A stretch of 64,000 nucleotides of DNA from Escherichia phage REP5, in the sequence record OQ174504.1. One strand, 5' to 3'. Of this stretch, positions 8,670 through 18,452 are shown piece by piece. The notes under the pieces are model-generated. The model did no database searches and was not told the origin of the DNA. It was given only the letters and a program-made list of their open reading frames with translations. How positions within the stretch are numbered: position 1 is the first letter of the stretch; the number at the start of each line of letters is the position of its first letter. Made by a program: the position numbers and the translations under genes.

Positions 8670-9250
8670 TGTCCGAAGAGCAACAGAATATCACTCCACA
8701 AGTAACACTGGTACAGCATTTTGGAAACATTGAAGGGTGTATTGCACTTTTTCAGCCAAGTATTAACTCTCCCGCAAAAGTTTGTAAGTTGACTATGAAT
8801 GTCAACAATATCAGTGTTTGTCTTGTTGATGAAGTTCAGTACTTCAAGTTCAATGACAGAGAAGTTGATGCAGCTTTGTTGAAGTATCGTGCAAATCTCG
8901 AAAAAGACATTGACCACAAAGAGCTTGTAACACTGTTTGGTGACCTTCACAAGCTTCTTGAAAAGGTTATGAAGCGTACATACTACATGAACAACGGTTC
9001 AATTATCACCACTTTGATTTCACCATGTATTTCAGAGCCAATTTTAACTGATGATGGTGGCTACTACGTGGTAGCATCAGCAGACTCTGATTGGTGGATG
9101 AAGAACACAGCACTTAAAACTGTGATTGAGGCTATCCGTGAACACATACCTTCATTCAGCCCGTGGAAAGGCAAAAGTGATGATTTCATTGCACTATTGA
9201 GTGAAGAGAGTAACAAGCGCAGTGCATTGCTGCCTAAAAAATACTCTTGA
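8669..9250 (+). CDS. Hypothetical protein
   Basis: 193 aa ORF, start overlaps previous stop. Confidence 0.6.
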   Translation: MSEEQQNITPQVTLVQHFGNIEGCIALFQPSINSPAKVCKLTMNVNNISVCLVDEVQYFKFNDREVDAALLKYRANLEKDIDHKELVTLFGDLHKLLEKVMKRTYYMNNGSIITTLISPCISEPILTDDGGYYVVASADSDWWMKNTALKTVIEAIREHIPSFSPWKGKSDDFIALLSEESNKRSALLPKKYS

Positions 9251-9333
9251 CCGAGTATACAACACTGGTTATGATGGGAGCTATCGAGAGGTAGTTCCCT
9301 TTTTAGTTTCTAGATAAGAGACATGGTAAAAGA

Positions 9334-9552
9334 ATGAAAAAACTAACTACAGTTGAAGATTACTACAAACTGTCCCTGTTAGAACAGTATCGTAGGAGCC
9401 AGAATATCAGAAAATGCTATGGTAAACACGCTGAAGGTGACTTTTACCGTTGCTACGATGCAGATTTAAAAGGTGTAACACCTAGAGGGAAAGTCCTGCA
9501 AAGACTTGTTGACCTTGAGTGGAACAAACGATTGAGAGGGGTTGGGAAATGA
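9334..9552 (+). CDS. Hypothetical protein
   Basis: 72 aa ORF. Confidence 0.45.
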   Translation: MKKLTTVEDYYKLSLLEQYRRSQNIRKCYGKHAEGDFYRCYDADLKGVTPRGKVLQRLVDLEWNKRLRGVGK

Positions 9553-10052
9553 TTTACGAAGAAAGATACAAGATAGATTATCAGAAGACTGGTCATCACA
9601 CTTCACTAAGAGTAACCAAACCAAATGGGGATACTGGTATCATAGCACATTTTGGTGGTGATTATTGGTACGGCACAGGTTGCTTTGAAGGCTACACTCA
9701 AGAATACTTAAAAGCTTTCTACAGAGACTTTACAAATGACTACAACAGGGTTGTTGAAGAGAAGAATAAGTGCATTAAGCATGAATACCATGCCAGAGGT
9801 TGTCTGAATATTGTTATGATACTGGTTTTCTTCTTAGCAACATTACTAGCCGTATCAGCAATCAGCTACATAGCTCAAGACTTGACCATTACACAGATTA
9901 CTGCAAAGGTACATGATGTTTGGTACTTGTATGCTGTTCCTTTAGCTGGTATCATCATCTCACTAATGAGGTTCAGAGTTCATAAGAAACGACTTAAGGA
10001 CTCTGAGGTTAAACTTGAAGAGGTAAGTAAAGAATGCAACCTACAATTATAG
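9519..10052 (+). CDS. Hypothetical membrane protein
   Basis: 177 aa ORF with two hydrophobic C-terminal segments; true start may be internal. Confidence 0.55.
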   Translation: MEQTIERGWEMIYEERYKIDYQKTGHHTSLRVTKPNGDTGIIAHFGGDYWYGTGCFEGYTQEYLKAFYRDFTNDYNRVVEEKNKCIKHEYHARGCLNIVMILVFFLATLLAVSAISYIAQDLTITQITAKVHDVWYLYAVPLAGIIISLMRFRVHKKRLKDSEVKLEEVSKECNLQL

Positions 10053-10128
10053 CTGTATGTGTTCGTTTTGCAATCGCTGAAATGATTAACAAGGCAATCT
10101 TAAAAGATGCCTATGGAGAGACTAAGTA

Positions 10129-10353
10129 ATGATTAAGACACCTGTACCAATTTTTGGATTTCCTTCTATAGAAGAGTTTAAAGTTTATCTTGACAAAAAC
10201 TTCTACAATGAGCAGCCTGTTACTCTGCTGAAGAGTGACTTATCAGAGCTTCTTGATATGGTTATCAAGGCAACTCCTGAGAAGGAGCCTGAACAGAAAG
10301 CTGAGAAGAAGACCAGTAAGAAATCTGATAAGAAGACTGAAAAGTCTGAGTAA
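10129..10353 (+). CDS. Hypothetical protein, lysine-rich C-terminus
   Basis: 74 aa ORF. Confidence 0.5.
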   Translation: MIKTPVPIFGFPSIEEFKVYLDKNFYNEQPVTLLKSDLSELLDMVIKATPEKEPEQKAEKKTSKKSDKKTEKSE

Positions 10354-10406
10354 GAACTTGAGGGGTTACTTGATAGCCCCTTTGTAGAAACTTAGAAGGT
10401 AGCGAA

Positions 10407-10835
10407 ATGAAAGAGCATGTAGGTAAAGAGCTTGACATTGTAGATGCAAAGACACAGAGATATATAACTACTGTTAAGTTTCTTGGAATTAGTGATATGA
10501 GTGATTTTTATCCTCTCCACTGCATAGTGCTAGACAAATTTGAGGTTTGTGGTATTAATTTTAATGAGGATAACTTTATAAGCTTTGATAAGGACGGTTT
10601 CTGGCGTGGTAAGAACCACCCTCAAGCAAATGATTTTGATATGCGTCTAGTGATACCACAAAAAGGTAACCAACAAAACGTAAAAGATATCCTTGTAGAA
10701 GCCTATGCAGAAGGTATAATAGATGTTGTGAATGATGTTGAAAAAGCTTTAAAACTCATCATGCCACATTTAGAATCTGGAAAGCTGACTTTAGAGATGC
10801 TTAATAGGGTTATTCGGAGAGCTTATGAAAATTAA
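10407..10835 (+). CDS. Hypothetical protein
   Basis: 142 aa ORF. Confidence 0.6.
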   Translation: MKEHVGKELDIVDAKTQRYITTVKFLGISDMSDFYPLHCIVLDKFEVCGINFNEDNFISFDKDGFWRGKNHPQANDFDMRLVIPQKGNQQNVKDILVEAYAEGIIDVVNDVEKALKLIMPHLESGKLTLEMLNRVIRRAYEN

Positions 10836-11364
10836 AGAAGTTGAAGGTAACTATCTAGTCCTTGATTGGAGTGATGTTCAAGAAGCACTCTCCAAAGAGA
10901 GTCTTAGCATACTAGAGCAACTTATCTTCTCAGTACGGCATATCAGAGAAGTTAAAAATGGTAAAGAGCCACTTGAAGGAATCTTTGTAGAGAAGTCTTA
11001 TCCGTTCTATGAAGACACCTTGCAGAAAGTTAAAATGTACTTTAAACAGAAGAACCGTAAAGTGGTCACTATGGTATCTCTTGGTGGACAGAGTATGTCT
11101 GTGATGGAAGATATCAACCCTAAGAGACCGAGTAAAGGCGTTTGTATAAAAATCACAGGACATGAAGAGTATATCTCAGTGGATGACTTTAGTGCATTCT
11201 GTAATGGGTCTTGTGTCTTTAATGGTTTTCACTATGATATCCGAGTATACCCAATCAAGGGAGATGATATCATGATGCAGGTATTCGATAACAACAATGG
11301 ATTCACTCATTTTTATCAGACAACCAAGTCATCACTGAAGACAGTTCTGGAAACACTGATTTAA
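10825..11364 (+). CDS. Hypothetical protein
   Basis: 179 aa ORF, last gene of plus block. Confidence 0.6.
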   Translation: MKIKEVEGNYLVLDWSDVQEALSKESLSILEQLIFSVRHIREVKNGKEPLEGIFVEKSYPFYEDTLQKVKMYFKQKNRKVVTMVSLGGQSMSVMEDINPKRPSKGVCIKITGHEEYISVDDFSAFCNGSCVFNGFHYDIRVYPIKGDDIMMQVFDNNNGFTHFYQTTKSSLKTVLETLI

Positions 11365-11370
11365 AATATC

Positions 11371-11400
11371 TTAAGAGCCTCCTTAATTGGGGGCTTTTTA
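11371..11400 (+). terminator. Rho-independent terminator
   Basis: Hairpin agcctcc..gggggct followed by ttttt. Confidence 0.5.
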
Positions 11401-11459
11401 TTGAGTAAAATTTACGAAATTTATATTTTTTATAAAATTTTATCGGTTGTCCCAACCTC

Positions 11460-12640
11460 TGGGTCACCATCATATGTGAATAAAAATATCTATCCTTCTT
11501 AACAACCTTCTTAATCTTACTCTCTATATATAGTTATATAGTACTATATAGTATCTTAGTATCTATCTAGTGGTCTTAATAGCCCTCTGTATAAGCCTTC
11601 TAACAAGCCCTCTAACAATCCTTCTAAACACTCTTCTAACAAGCCTTCTTAACAACCTATACAATCACCTTAACCATCTCTCTATACCCTCTTAGAAGCT
11701 CCTATACACCTCTTAATCTCTAGGTTACCTGTGTTACTTAACAGTAACCCATTATGTCAGCTATGTTACCCTCTATAGGTGTTCACTAGGTATTACTAAG
11801 CCTCTATATAGACTGTTTTAACAAACTTAACAGGAATATCTTTACAGACCTTATCTCACAAGGTCTAACACGGTACTAACAAGGTATCTTATAAGCCTGT
11901 TTATGCCTGTATTTTTAAAAGACTGTCTAGGTAATTATTCAGAATTTTAAAATTTTTATAAAATAGGACTATCAAGTCATTTTTTAGGGTCTTTGAAGGA
12001 ACTCAAAAATATCTGTAGAAGATGTATATCTGCTTGGTAGCCCTTAACAGCTCCCTTACAAGTACTTTGCAAAATTTTAAAATATCCTTAACAATCTCTT
12101 AACAACTCTCTCAAGCTTTTAACATCTCTTTAGAGGTCTTAACAGATTCTTAACAGAACTAACAAGGCTGTAACAAGTTCTTAACAGTCAATACATGGTC
12201 TTTACAGAGTCTTAACAGATGACTAACAAGAGCTAACAAGTTAATTTTTAAGAGTTATTTTGTTAAGATAATTAACAAGTTCCTAACAAGTGTTTAATCT
12301 TTTTAACAAGCTATTAACATGGTCACTATCTCTGGTCTTATCGTTCCCTTTCTTTCTTAGTGATTCTCTAAACATACCTCTTAAAAGCCCTCTATAGCTC
12401 TTTGTAAGCTCTTTTAAGCCTCTTCCTAGTAATTACACCCCAACTATACAGACACCTATTTATAAGGCTTTACAGGAGCTTTAAAGGCTATGTCAAAGAC
12501 TCTTACAAGGCTTTTACATGATTTTAACAGAGATTTAACAAGGGGCTAACAAGTCTCTAACAAGTGCCTTAAAAGCATAACTATGTAGGGATTGTTAAGA
12601 AATTGTTAAGAAAATGTTAAGGGGGCTAGCATTTACGTAA
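11460..12640. repeat. Non-coding array of dispersed short repeats, consensus YTAACARG (more than 25 copies)
   Basis: No ORF of 60 aa or more; cttaacag / ctaacaag recurs every 10-40 bp on the plus strand; AT-rich. Confidence 0.7.
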
Positions 12641-13020
12641 CTTTTAAGCTACTTCAAAGTAACTTTATAGCCCCTATAACATACTTTTAAGACACTATCA
12701 AGCCCTTTTTAATAGTTCACAAGATAGCTAACGAGATGATAAAGCTTACACCCTTATAAGGTTCTTTTAAGGCTCTAGAAAGCTCTATAAAGGGCTTTTT
12801 AAAGGGAGTTAATGCAATCCCTTAAGTTGGGTTGATAAGGCTGTTATAGGGCTTTATAGAGCGTTTAAATGGTTGCCCTTCCCTTTCGGGTTATGGGCTT
12901 ATATTTAAGTTGATTTGATAAAAGGCTATAGGGTAGACTATAGAGTTATTGCTTTTTAAGGTCTGATAAGATTCTGGAAAGGAAAGGGAAAGGGTTGTAT
13001 AAGGGATTTGATAAGACGTA

Positions 13021-13045
13021 AAAAAGCCCCTATGAGGGGCTGTAT
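13021..13045 (-). terminator. Rho-independent terminator of minus-strand block
   Basis: Hairpin agcccctcataggggct followed by T-run on minus strand. Confidence 0.5.
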
Positions 13046-13059
13046 AAAGGTATCTGGGG

Positions 13060-13329
13060 CTATTTAGCCCCGTTGCGTCGATTAGTTAGTGCCTTCTTTG
13101 TCGTAGTACAGGGAGACAATTTTTCTCCCCAATAGTGATAAGTATAACCATCCTTGAGAACTTCTTGTTTTGTTTCCTCCCAGAACTTTTCTGAAGGATT
13201 ATAGCCTTTGATAGTCTGACTGATAAGACCTTTCACCATTTCAAAGGCGTTATCAGTTCCTACAATGTCAAATTTAACATCCAGAGAGGAAAAACCGAAC
13301 TCGTTAGCAGTAGCGCGGATAGTTGCCAT
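13060..13329 (-). CDS. Hypothetical protein
   Basis: 89 aa ORF preceded by conserved cassette and RBS TAGGAGA. Confidence 0.6.
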   Translation of the reverse strand: MATIRATANEFGFSSLDVKFDIVGTDNAFEMVKGLISQTIKGYNPSEKFWEETKQEVLKDGYTYHYWGEKLSPCTTTKKALTNRRNGAK

Positions 13330-13397
13330 TTTTGAATCTCCTAGTTTAAGGGTTTTACTTAGTGGGGAAGGTCATTCCCTCCCCGTTGATTGACAAT
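13330..13397 (-). promoter_or_regulatory. Type A regulatory cassette (stem-loop plus conserved RBS)
   Basis: ctcctagtttaagg..ggggaaggtcattccctcccc hairpin immediately 5' of the start codon. Confidence 0.5.
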
Positions 13398-13928
13398 TTA
13401 CAGATTTTTGATTGTCTCGTCAATATCTTTTTCAATATCTTTTAAAGTTTTTTCTAAGTTCTTGATATTGAAAGATAAGCCTTCTCCCAGTGTCTTAGAG
13501 TAACCACTAGGACGTGAGTTATATAATTCGATTTCTTCCACTTCGAAGAGACTAACCAACTCACCGCTTACACTGTAAGCCATAGAAACAGTATTTACAG
13601 GGGCTTTATAGAACTTGTTTAAGGTCTTGATAGAACGCTCATAAGCCATTTTATAACCATTTAAAAGGTTTTTAACATGATTACGAACGTTTTTACACTC
13701 ATCTAAGTAAAGCCCTAAAAACATCGGGAGAAGTTCCGCGACAGCTTGCATAAAGTGAGAGACTACAACAGTAGAAACATTACGACGATGAACGTAATAA
13801 GCCCCGTTTTCTGATTTGGTGATGGTTGCAAAGTGTACACCATTGCAGAGAAATTCGTATGTGTCTTTTACAGGTTTAGACATTACAGCATTTGAACGAA
13901 TGAAGTTGATAGCTTTGAACTTGTTCAT
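13398..13928 (-). CDS. Hypothetical protein
   Basis: 176 aa ORF. Confidence 0.6.
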   Translation of the reverse strand: MNKFKAINFIRSNAVMSKPVKDTYEFLCNGVHFATITKSENGAYYVHRRNVSTVVVSHFMQAVAELLPMFLGLYLDECKNVRNHVKNLLNGYKMAYERSIKTLNKFYKAPVNTVSMAYSVSGELVSLFEVEEIELYNSRPSGYSKTLGEGLSFNIKNLEKTLKDIEKDIDETIKNL

Positions 13929-14000
13929 TTTTGAATCTCCTAGTTTAAGGATTTTATTCAGTGGGGAAGGTCATTCCCTCCCCGTTGATTAGTAATTTAC
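13929..14000 (-). promoter_or_regulatory. Type A regulatory cassette
   Basis: Near-identical copy of the 13330 cassette. Confidence 0.5.
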
Positions 14001-14152
14001 TTGTTTTGATATCTGATTGCAAGCAATTTTTTAAGTTTATCTTTAAAGAAATCTTTTAAGTGAATCCCTTTAAGATAAACCCCCTCGAACAAAGTTACCA
14101 ATGTCAAGAGGGATTGTCAACACTTTTTTAGAAGTTTTTTGTAAGTTCTTGA

Positions 14153-14494
14153 TTAGCTTATAAATATTTTTTCAGGTTTTACGTAGCTGATACGTTGATT
14201 TTTTAGCAGGTCATCCCAGATTAGCGCGGCAATATGAGAATAGCCGGATTCACGTAGAAGCTTCATTGCTTTACATCTCGTTTCAAAGCGGGTTGCATAG
14301 TGCTCACTATTTAAAACCGTTTTAATCCCTTCGTTGTCTGTATGGATAATCTGCATCACTTGGAAGGGGCTTGCTTCCTCGCCTTTATTCCATTGCTCAA
14401 AGTATTTTAGGCACTGCATAGGTGTCATCTTGTCGCTTACTTGGGTTGACCAAGATGAATCCGGTTTATTGGTAATTACAGTTACGTGAGCCAT
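14153..14494 (-). CDS. Hypothetical protein
   Basis: ORF; start chosen at MAHVTV directly after the cassette RBS (longest ORF extends to 14539). Confidence 0.55.
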   Translation of the reverse strand: MAHVTVITNKPDSSWSTQVSDKMTPMQCLKYFEQWNKGEEASPFQVMQIIHTDNEGIKTVLNSEHYATRFETRCKAMKLLRESGYSHIAALIWDDLLKNQRISYVKPEKIFIS

Positions 14495-14575
14495 TTTAGA
14501 ATCTCCTAGTTTAAGGGTTTTATGTAGTGGGGGGGTCATTACCTCCAGTTGATTAGTAATTTACAGATTTTTATC
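14495..14575 (-). promoter_or_regulatory. Type A regulatory cassette (variant)
   Basis: Same cassette with altered stem. Confidence 0.45.
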
Positions 14576-14583
14576 CGGCTTGT

Positions 14584-14817
14584 CTAGTCTTTTTCTATGA
14601 TAATTTCATCTTGTCCGTCAACACTGTCAAAATAAACGCCGTCGCTGTCTTCTGTCTTAAAGTAACACTGAATGTCATCACTGGCGGGGTAGTCTTGTCT
14701 TGCTATCTGGCAAACCTGAATGGCATTTTCTTTACTCCCTGTAAACTCCCCAAGCTCTTCGAAATCACATGAATGGCCATTACAAATAGAAAGGATGAGG
14801 TAAACGGTTGTAAGCAT
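14584..14817 (-). CDS. Hypothetical protein, Cys-containing hydrophobic N-terminus
   Basis: 77 aa ORF. Confidence 0.5.
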   Translation of the reverse strand: MLTTVYLILSICNGHSCDFEELGEFTGSKENAIQVCQIARQDYPASDDIQCYFKTEDSDGVYFDSVDGQDEIIIEKD

Positions 14818-14883
14818 GATTAAAGCCCCCTAAAAGCCCCTACAAGGGGCTGAATAGTGTTTATAAGGTGATTGCATAGGTTT

Positions 14884-15426
14884 TTATAAAAAGCTCTTTA
14901 AATCCTCTTCTGCGATGTTTCCCGTTAGTGTGTCCATGATGTCACAAAAAACCTGAATGCTGTCCGACTGCTGAACACTTTTAGCAAGTAGTTCTAATGT
15001 CTCATCAAGATAATTCATATTTGGGTTATCCAATGAAGGGAGACAAAAAGGCGAAAACATCGCATTAAACTCAGTTACGTAAACCTTTTTAATCCAATTT
15101 AAATCGAAGTATTCCGTAAAACTTGCCACGTTCGCCATATTATCACAAGAATAATCATCATTTAACTCATCTTCTGGAATATCAAGTTCCAAGATAACAA
15201 TATTTTGGGTTTTCATCTGGAAAGCTGCGGTGATGGCGGCATTGCCCAGAGCTTGCTGGATACCTTCAGAGATTATCTCTTCCTCATCGTCGCCATAGAT
15301 TTTATTTTCTGGATAAACGTAAAAATTCCCATCCATATCCGAACAATTCCATGCACCTGATGGCTTATCACCGTTATTAATCAGGTTGCAGAAGTTTTCT
15401 TGAGTAGTACCGTGAAAGCATTTCAT
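14884..15426 (-). CDS. Hypothetical acidic protein
   Basis: 180 aa ORF rich in D/E. Confidence 0.6.
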   Translation of the reverse strand: MKCFHGTTQENFCNLINNGDKPSGAWNCSDMDGNFYVYPENKIYGDDEEEIISEGIQQALGNAAITAAFQMKTQNIVILELDIPEDELNDDYSCDNMANVASFTEYFDLNWIKKVYVTEFNAMFSPFCLPSLDNPNMNYLDETLELLAKSVQQSDSIQVFCDIMDTLTGNIAEEDLKSFL

Positions 15427-15513
15427 TTTTGAATCTCCTAGTTTAAGGATTTAGTGGTAAAGCTCTTTATCTGGGGTTTACTTTATCGAACTATAAACCC
15501 CTTGTAAAGTACT
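15427..15513 (-). promoter_or_regulatory. Type B regulatory cassette (promoter-like TTTACA/TAAAGT, AAAGTACTTT palindrome, stem-loop, RBS)
   Basis: Stem GGGGTTTA/TAAACCCC here versus GGGGCTTA/TAAGCCCC in other copies (compensatory change). Confidence 0.5.
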
Positions 15514-15717
15514 TTATTTGTTATTTTTGACAACTTTTAAAACTGCACGGTAACCTAAGCAATACGAATCACCGAAGAGAGACCGACCCATGAAGGAGTC
15601 CTCTGTAATATCTTTCGCCGTGACGGTTTTTTCTACGCCGTGAAAGAGAACTACATCACCAACTTTAATATCTTTGATGTGCGTTGTTTCAATGGTTAAA
15701 CCGTTAATAATAGCCAT
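15514..15717 (-). CDS. Hypothetical protein
   Basis: 67 aa ORF. Confidence 0.5.
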   Translation of the reverse strand: MAIINGLTIETTHIKDIKVGDVVLFHGVEKTVTAKDITEDSFMGRSLFGDSYCLGYRAVLKVVKNNK

Positions 15718-15790
15718 TTTTGAATCTCCTAGTTTAAGGGTTTTTATTTAGTGGGGAAGTCATTTCCTCCCCGTTGATGTGTAATTTAAT
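15718..15790 (-). promoter_or_regulatory. Type A regulatory cassette
   Basis: Hairpin ggggaagtcatttcctcccc plus conserved RBS. Confidence 0.5.
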
Positions 15791-15819
15791 CTATCTAAAA
15801 ACCAGTGTCAAGAAAATTT

Positions 15820-16224
15820 TTAAAGTTCTGCATAAATTGCATCGCAGATATTACGGAAATCGTGATTTGGCAAATTACGCTGCAACCAAGTGGCGAAAAA
15901 GTCAGCGATTGCATAATTAGCATCATACTCAACGGATAGCCATACTTTCACGGCGAATCTAAACATTTTTAAATCAAGCTCTTTATTCATTACCTTAGAT
16001 TTGCCCAACATGTCGGCCATTTCGTATTGTGCACCGTCTAGCGTGATACCTGCTGCAACGTCAGCCAGTGAGTTTTTTACGCTTTCAACGTCTAAGATAA
16101 CACTTTGAATCTTCCCAATAATGTTGTGCAATGTTTCATCTGGTGCTGATGACGTAATAACATTAATCCGGTTAACGGTCAAACGTGCTTTTAAGATTGA
16201 TAATTCACGGTTATTAATAGCCAT
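15820..16224 (-). CDS. Hypothetical protein
   Basis: 134 aa ORF. Confidence 0.6.
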   Translation of the reverse strand: MAINNRELSILKARLTVNRINVITSSAPDETLHNIIGKIQSVILDVESVKNSLADVAAGITLDGAQYEMADMLGKSKVMNKELDLKMFRFAVKVWLSVEYDANYAIADFFATWLQRNLPNHDFRNICDAIYAEL

Positions 16225-16309
16225 TTTTGAATCTCCAATTTAGGATTTAGTGGTAAAGCTCTTTATCTGTGGATTAAGGTAACAACTTTTAAACCCCTTG
16301 TAAAGTACT
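16225..16309 (-). promoter_or_regulatory. Type B regulatory cassette
   Basis: Copy of type B unit. Confidence 0.45.
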
Positions 16310-16582
16310 TTACACTAAATGCAGCTTTTTACCTTTTACCATGATGTAACTTGATGCGCTATTGCTGTAAACATCCTGATAAATTCTGCGCAAACGTCCT
16401 TCGTAGTATACTTTCCAACTAGTTGGAATCTTTTTACCGTATCCGGTAGCAGTTTTTTGGAATCCTGCAAGTTGCCAATCCAAAATATGCTGTTCAGCTT
16501 GTAAATCCTCGAAGTGCATTACACCGTTCACGTAGTGGCGTAGGGTTACGTTTAAGGTGCGACCGTTGTTAGTAGTATGCAT
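16310..16582 (-). CDS. Hypothetical protein
   Basis: 90 aa ORF. Confidence 0.55.
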   Translation of the reverse strand: MHTTNNGRTLNVTLRHYVNGVMHFEDLQAEQHILDWQLAGFQKTATGYGKKIPTSWKVYYEGRLRRIYQDVYSNSASSYIMVKGKKLHLV

Positions 16583-16660
16583 TTTGAATCTCCTAGTTTA
16601 AGAGCTTTATGTAGTGGGAGGTGATGACCTCCCGTTGATTAGTAATTTACTTGTTTTTAA
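16583..16660 (-). promoter_or_regulatory. Type A regulatory cassette (compensatory stem variant)
   Basis: Hairpin gggaggtgatgacctccc replaces ggggaagg..ccctcccc, preserving pairing. Confidence 0.5.
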
Positions 16661-16668
16661 AATCAAAA

Positions 16669-17001
16669 TCAAGAAAAATTTTTTCGTTTGTTCAGTTCTT
16701 GAACAATTACAGCGTAGTAGTCTTTTAAGTCACTGATATTTAAAGCATTTATCAGGGAATTATAATCATCGACTAACTGAAAATCCTCTTTGAAGATGTC
16801 ACTAATCTGGTAGGTTTTCGCTTTAAATCTGAAGCTCATTTCTAGCCGCTTTATTTGCTCATCACTGAGGCGCCCTAGAAAGCTTTCTACAAGGTTATTG
16901 CTAACCTGCTGTGTGATTGCCTTACTTGCCAGATTATAGGCTTTATATGCCTTATATAGTGCCAGAATGGCTATGATTGCGGTGATGCCAGTCATTAGCA
17001 T
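16669..17001 (-). CDS. Hypothetical membrane-anchored protein
   Basis: 110 aa ORF with N-terminal hydrophobic helix. Confidence 0.55.
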   Translation of the reverse strand: MLMTGITAIIAILALYKAYKAYNLASKAITQQVSNNLVESFLGRLSDEQIKRLEMSFRFKAKTYQISDIFKEDFQLVDDYNSLINALNISDLKDYYAVIVQELNKRKNFS

Positions 17002-17291
17002 GGTGTTACCTCTTTTTGTGAGATTTTGCCATTTACAGTTATCTCATAGGATTCTAATAAGTCACTTTTAGACTTTACTGGACTTTTAAAAGTATTATCG
17101 TAAATATTGACTTGCAATACAGGTTTTTTATACTCCCTGCAACTATTCCATAAACAAATCACTACACGACGGCCTTTTATTTTGCCGTGTAACCATTCCA
17201 TAACATCATGATTATTTCTTGATGTTTCAATGAAATCAATTTTGTTGAGTAACTTGCTTAGATTTTCACGGACTTTATTTGATAATTTCAT
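16995..17291 (-). CDS. Hypothetical protein
   Basis: 98 aa ORF. Confidence 0.55.
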   Translation of the reverse strand: MKLSNKVRENLSKLLNKIDFIETSRNNHDVMEWLHGKIKGRRVVICLWNSCREYKKPVLQVNIYDNTFKSPVKSKSDLLESYEITVNGKISQKEVTPC

Positions 17292-17379
17292 TTTAGAATC
17301 TCCAGTTTAGGATTTAGTGGTAAAGCTCTTTATCTGGGGCTTAAGATATCAGCTTTTAAGCCCCCTGTAAAGTACTTTA
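17292..17379 (-). promoter_or_regulatory. Type B regulatory cassette
   Basis: Stem GGGGCTTAA/TTAAGCCCC. Confidence 0.5.
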
Positions 17380-17637
17380 TCAGATTAAATTGCCAGTTAA
17401 TGATAAGTGCATTTTATAGCCTTGCTTAGTGAATACGTTCACTTTACCGAGTGTTTCCACACCTTTAAAAAGGTTGTTTGAACTATGTTTTAAGATTAAA
17501 CGTTTATCAACCTTTACGCCCCATCTTACAGCAGATTTTTTCCCGTTGTCAATCACTTTCCCGCATAACTTTTTAGCCATAACGCGAGCGTCATCACGAG
17601 TTTTTGCAGAAATTACAACGTTTTTGATAATAGCCAT
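17380..17637 (-). CDS. Hypothetical protein
   Basis: 85 aa ORF. Confidence 0.55.
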   Translation of the reverse strand: MAIIKNVVISAKTRDDARVMAKKLCGKVIDNGKKSAVRWGVKVDKRLILKHSSNNLFKGVETLGKVNVFTKQGYKMHLSLTGNLI

Positions 17638-17725
17638 TTTTGAATCTCCAATTTAGGATTTAGTGGTAAAGCTCTTTATCTGGGGCTTACTTTATCGAAC
17701 TATAAGCCCCTTGTAAAGTACTTTA
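17638..17725 (-). promoter_or_regulatory. Type B regulatory cassette
   Basis: Copy of type B unit. Confidence 0.5.
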
Positions 17726-18106
17726 TTAGTTAATTTTGAAAATTGTCACATAACCATCACTGCCGATTATTTGAGACACTCCAGCTTTTTCCACTTGATA
17801 GCCCATATTTTCAAGATGATAAACAGCATCATCGTAACCATATGCGCCGCCCTGATAACGTCTCTTATTGCATTTTATCAGGTTTTTACCACGTCCAGCA
17901 AGCGCATTCAGTACGGCTTTTTCACTTGAAAGAGTACCGTCTAACATGGTTGCCGTGTAATGGTTAATCCTGTTACCATTTACGTCATATTTAAAATTGA
18001 ATGCGTGAACAACAATCAATTTGCCGTTAAATTTTTCATCAAGTGACTTCTCCAGTGCGTTGCGGAAGTTGTCTTTGTTGATGAATTTCGGTGCACGATA
18101 AGCCAT
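17726..18106 (-). CDS. Hypothetical protein
   Basis: 126 aa ORF. Confidence 0.6.
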   Translation of the reverse strand: MAYRAPKFINKDNFRNALEKSLDEKFNGKLIVVHAFNFKYDVNGNRINHYTATMLDGTLSSEKAVLNALAGRGKNLIKCNKRRYQGGAYGYDDAVYHLENMGYQVEKAGVSQIIGSDGYVTIFKIN

Positions 18107-18195
18107 TTTTGAATCTCCTAGTTTAAGGTTAGTTAATAAAGCTCTTTATCTGGGGCTTAAGATACCAACTTTTAAGCCCCCTGTAAAGTACTTTA
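18107..18195 (-). promoter_or_regulatory. Type B regulatory cassette
   Basis: Copy of type B unit. Confidence 0.5.
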
Positions 18196-18402
18196 TTAGA
18201 TTTCGTAGTAGTAAACTGCTGTCTGTCTTATGTGCTTTCTTGTGATTCTCGTAAGGTAGCAATTAGAATTTATAGCCGTTTCTACATGGTTGCAATAGTC
18301 AGTTTCTGATATCCTAGTCCATACGTCACAAATTTTCATGTAGAAACGTTTTACATCTGTATCAACGTTGGTTGTAACCATCAATTCACGGCAGTAAGTC
18401 AT
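18196..18402 (-). CDS. Hypothetical protein
   Basis: 68 aa ORF, first gene after promoter at 18453-18481. Confidence 0.5.
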   Translation of the reverse strand: MTYCRELMVTTNVDTDVKRFYMKICDVWTRISETDYCNHVETAINSNCYLTRITRKHIRQTAVYYYEI

Positions 18403-18452
18403 TTTTCAGTTCTCCAGTTTAGGAAGTGGGCTTGTCGCCCCGTCTGATGCAG

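Noticed and set aside
11400-13050. CRISPR array
   Set aside because: Repeats are short degenerate octamers at irregular spacing; no repeat-spacer periodicity and no cas genes
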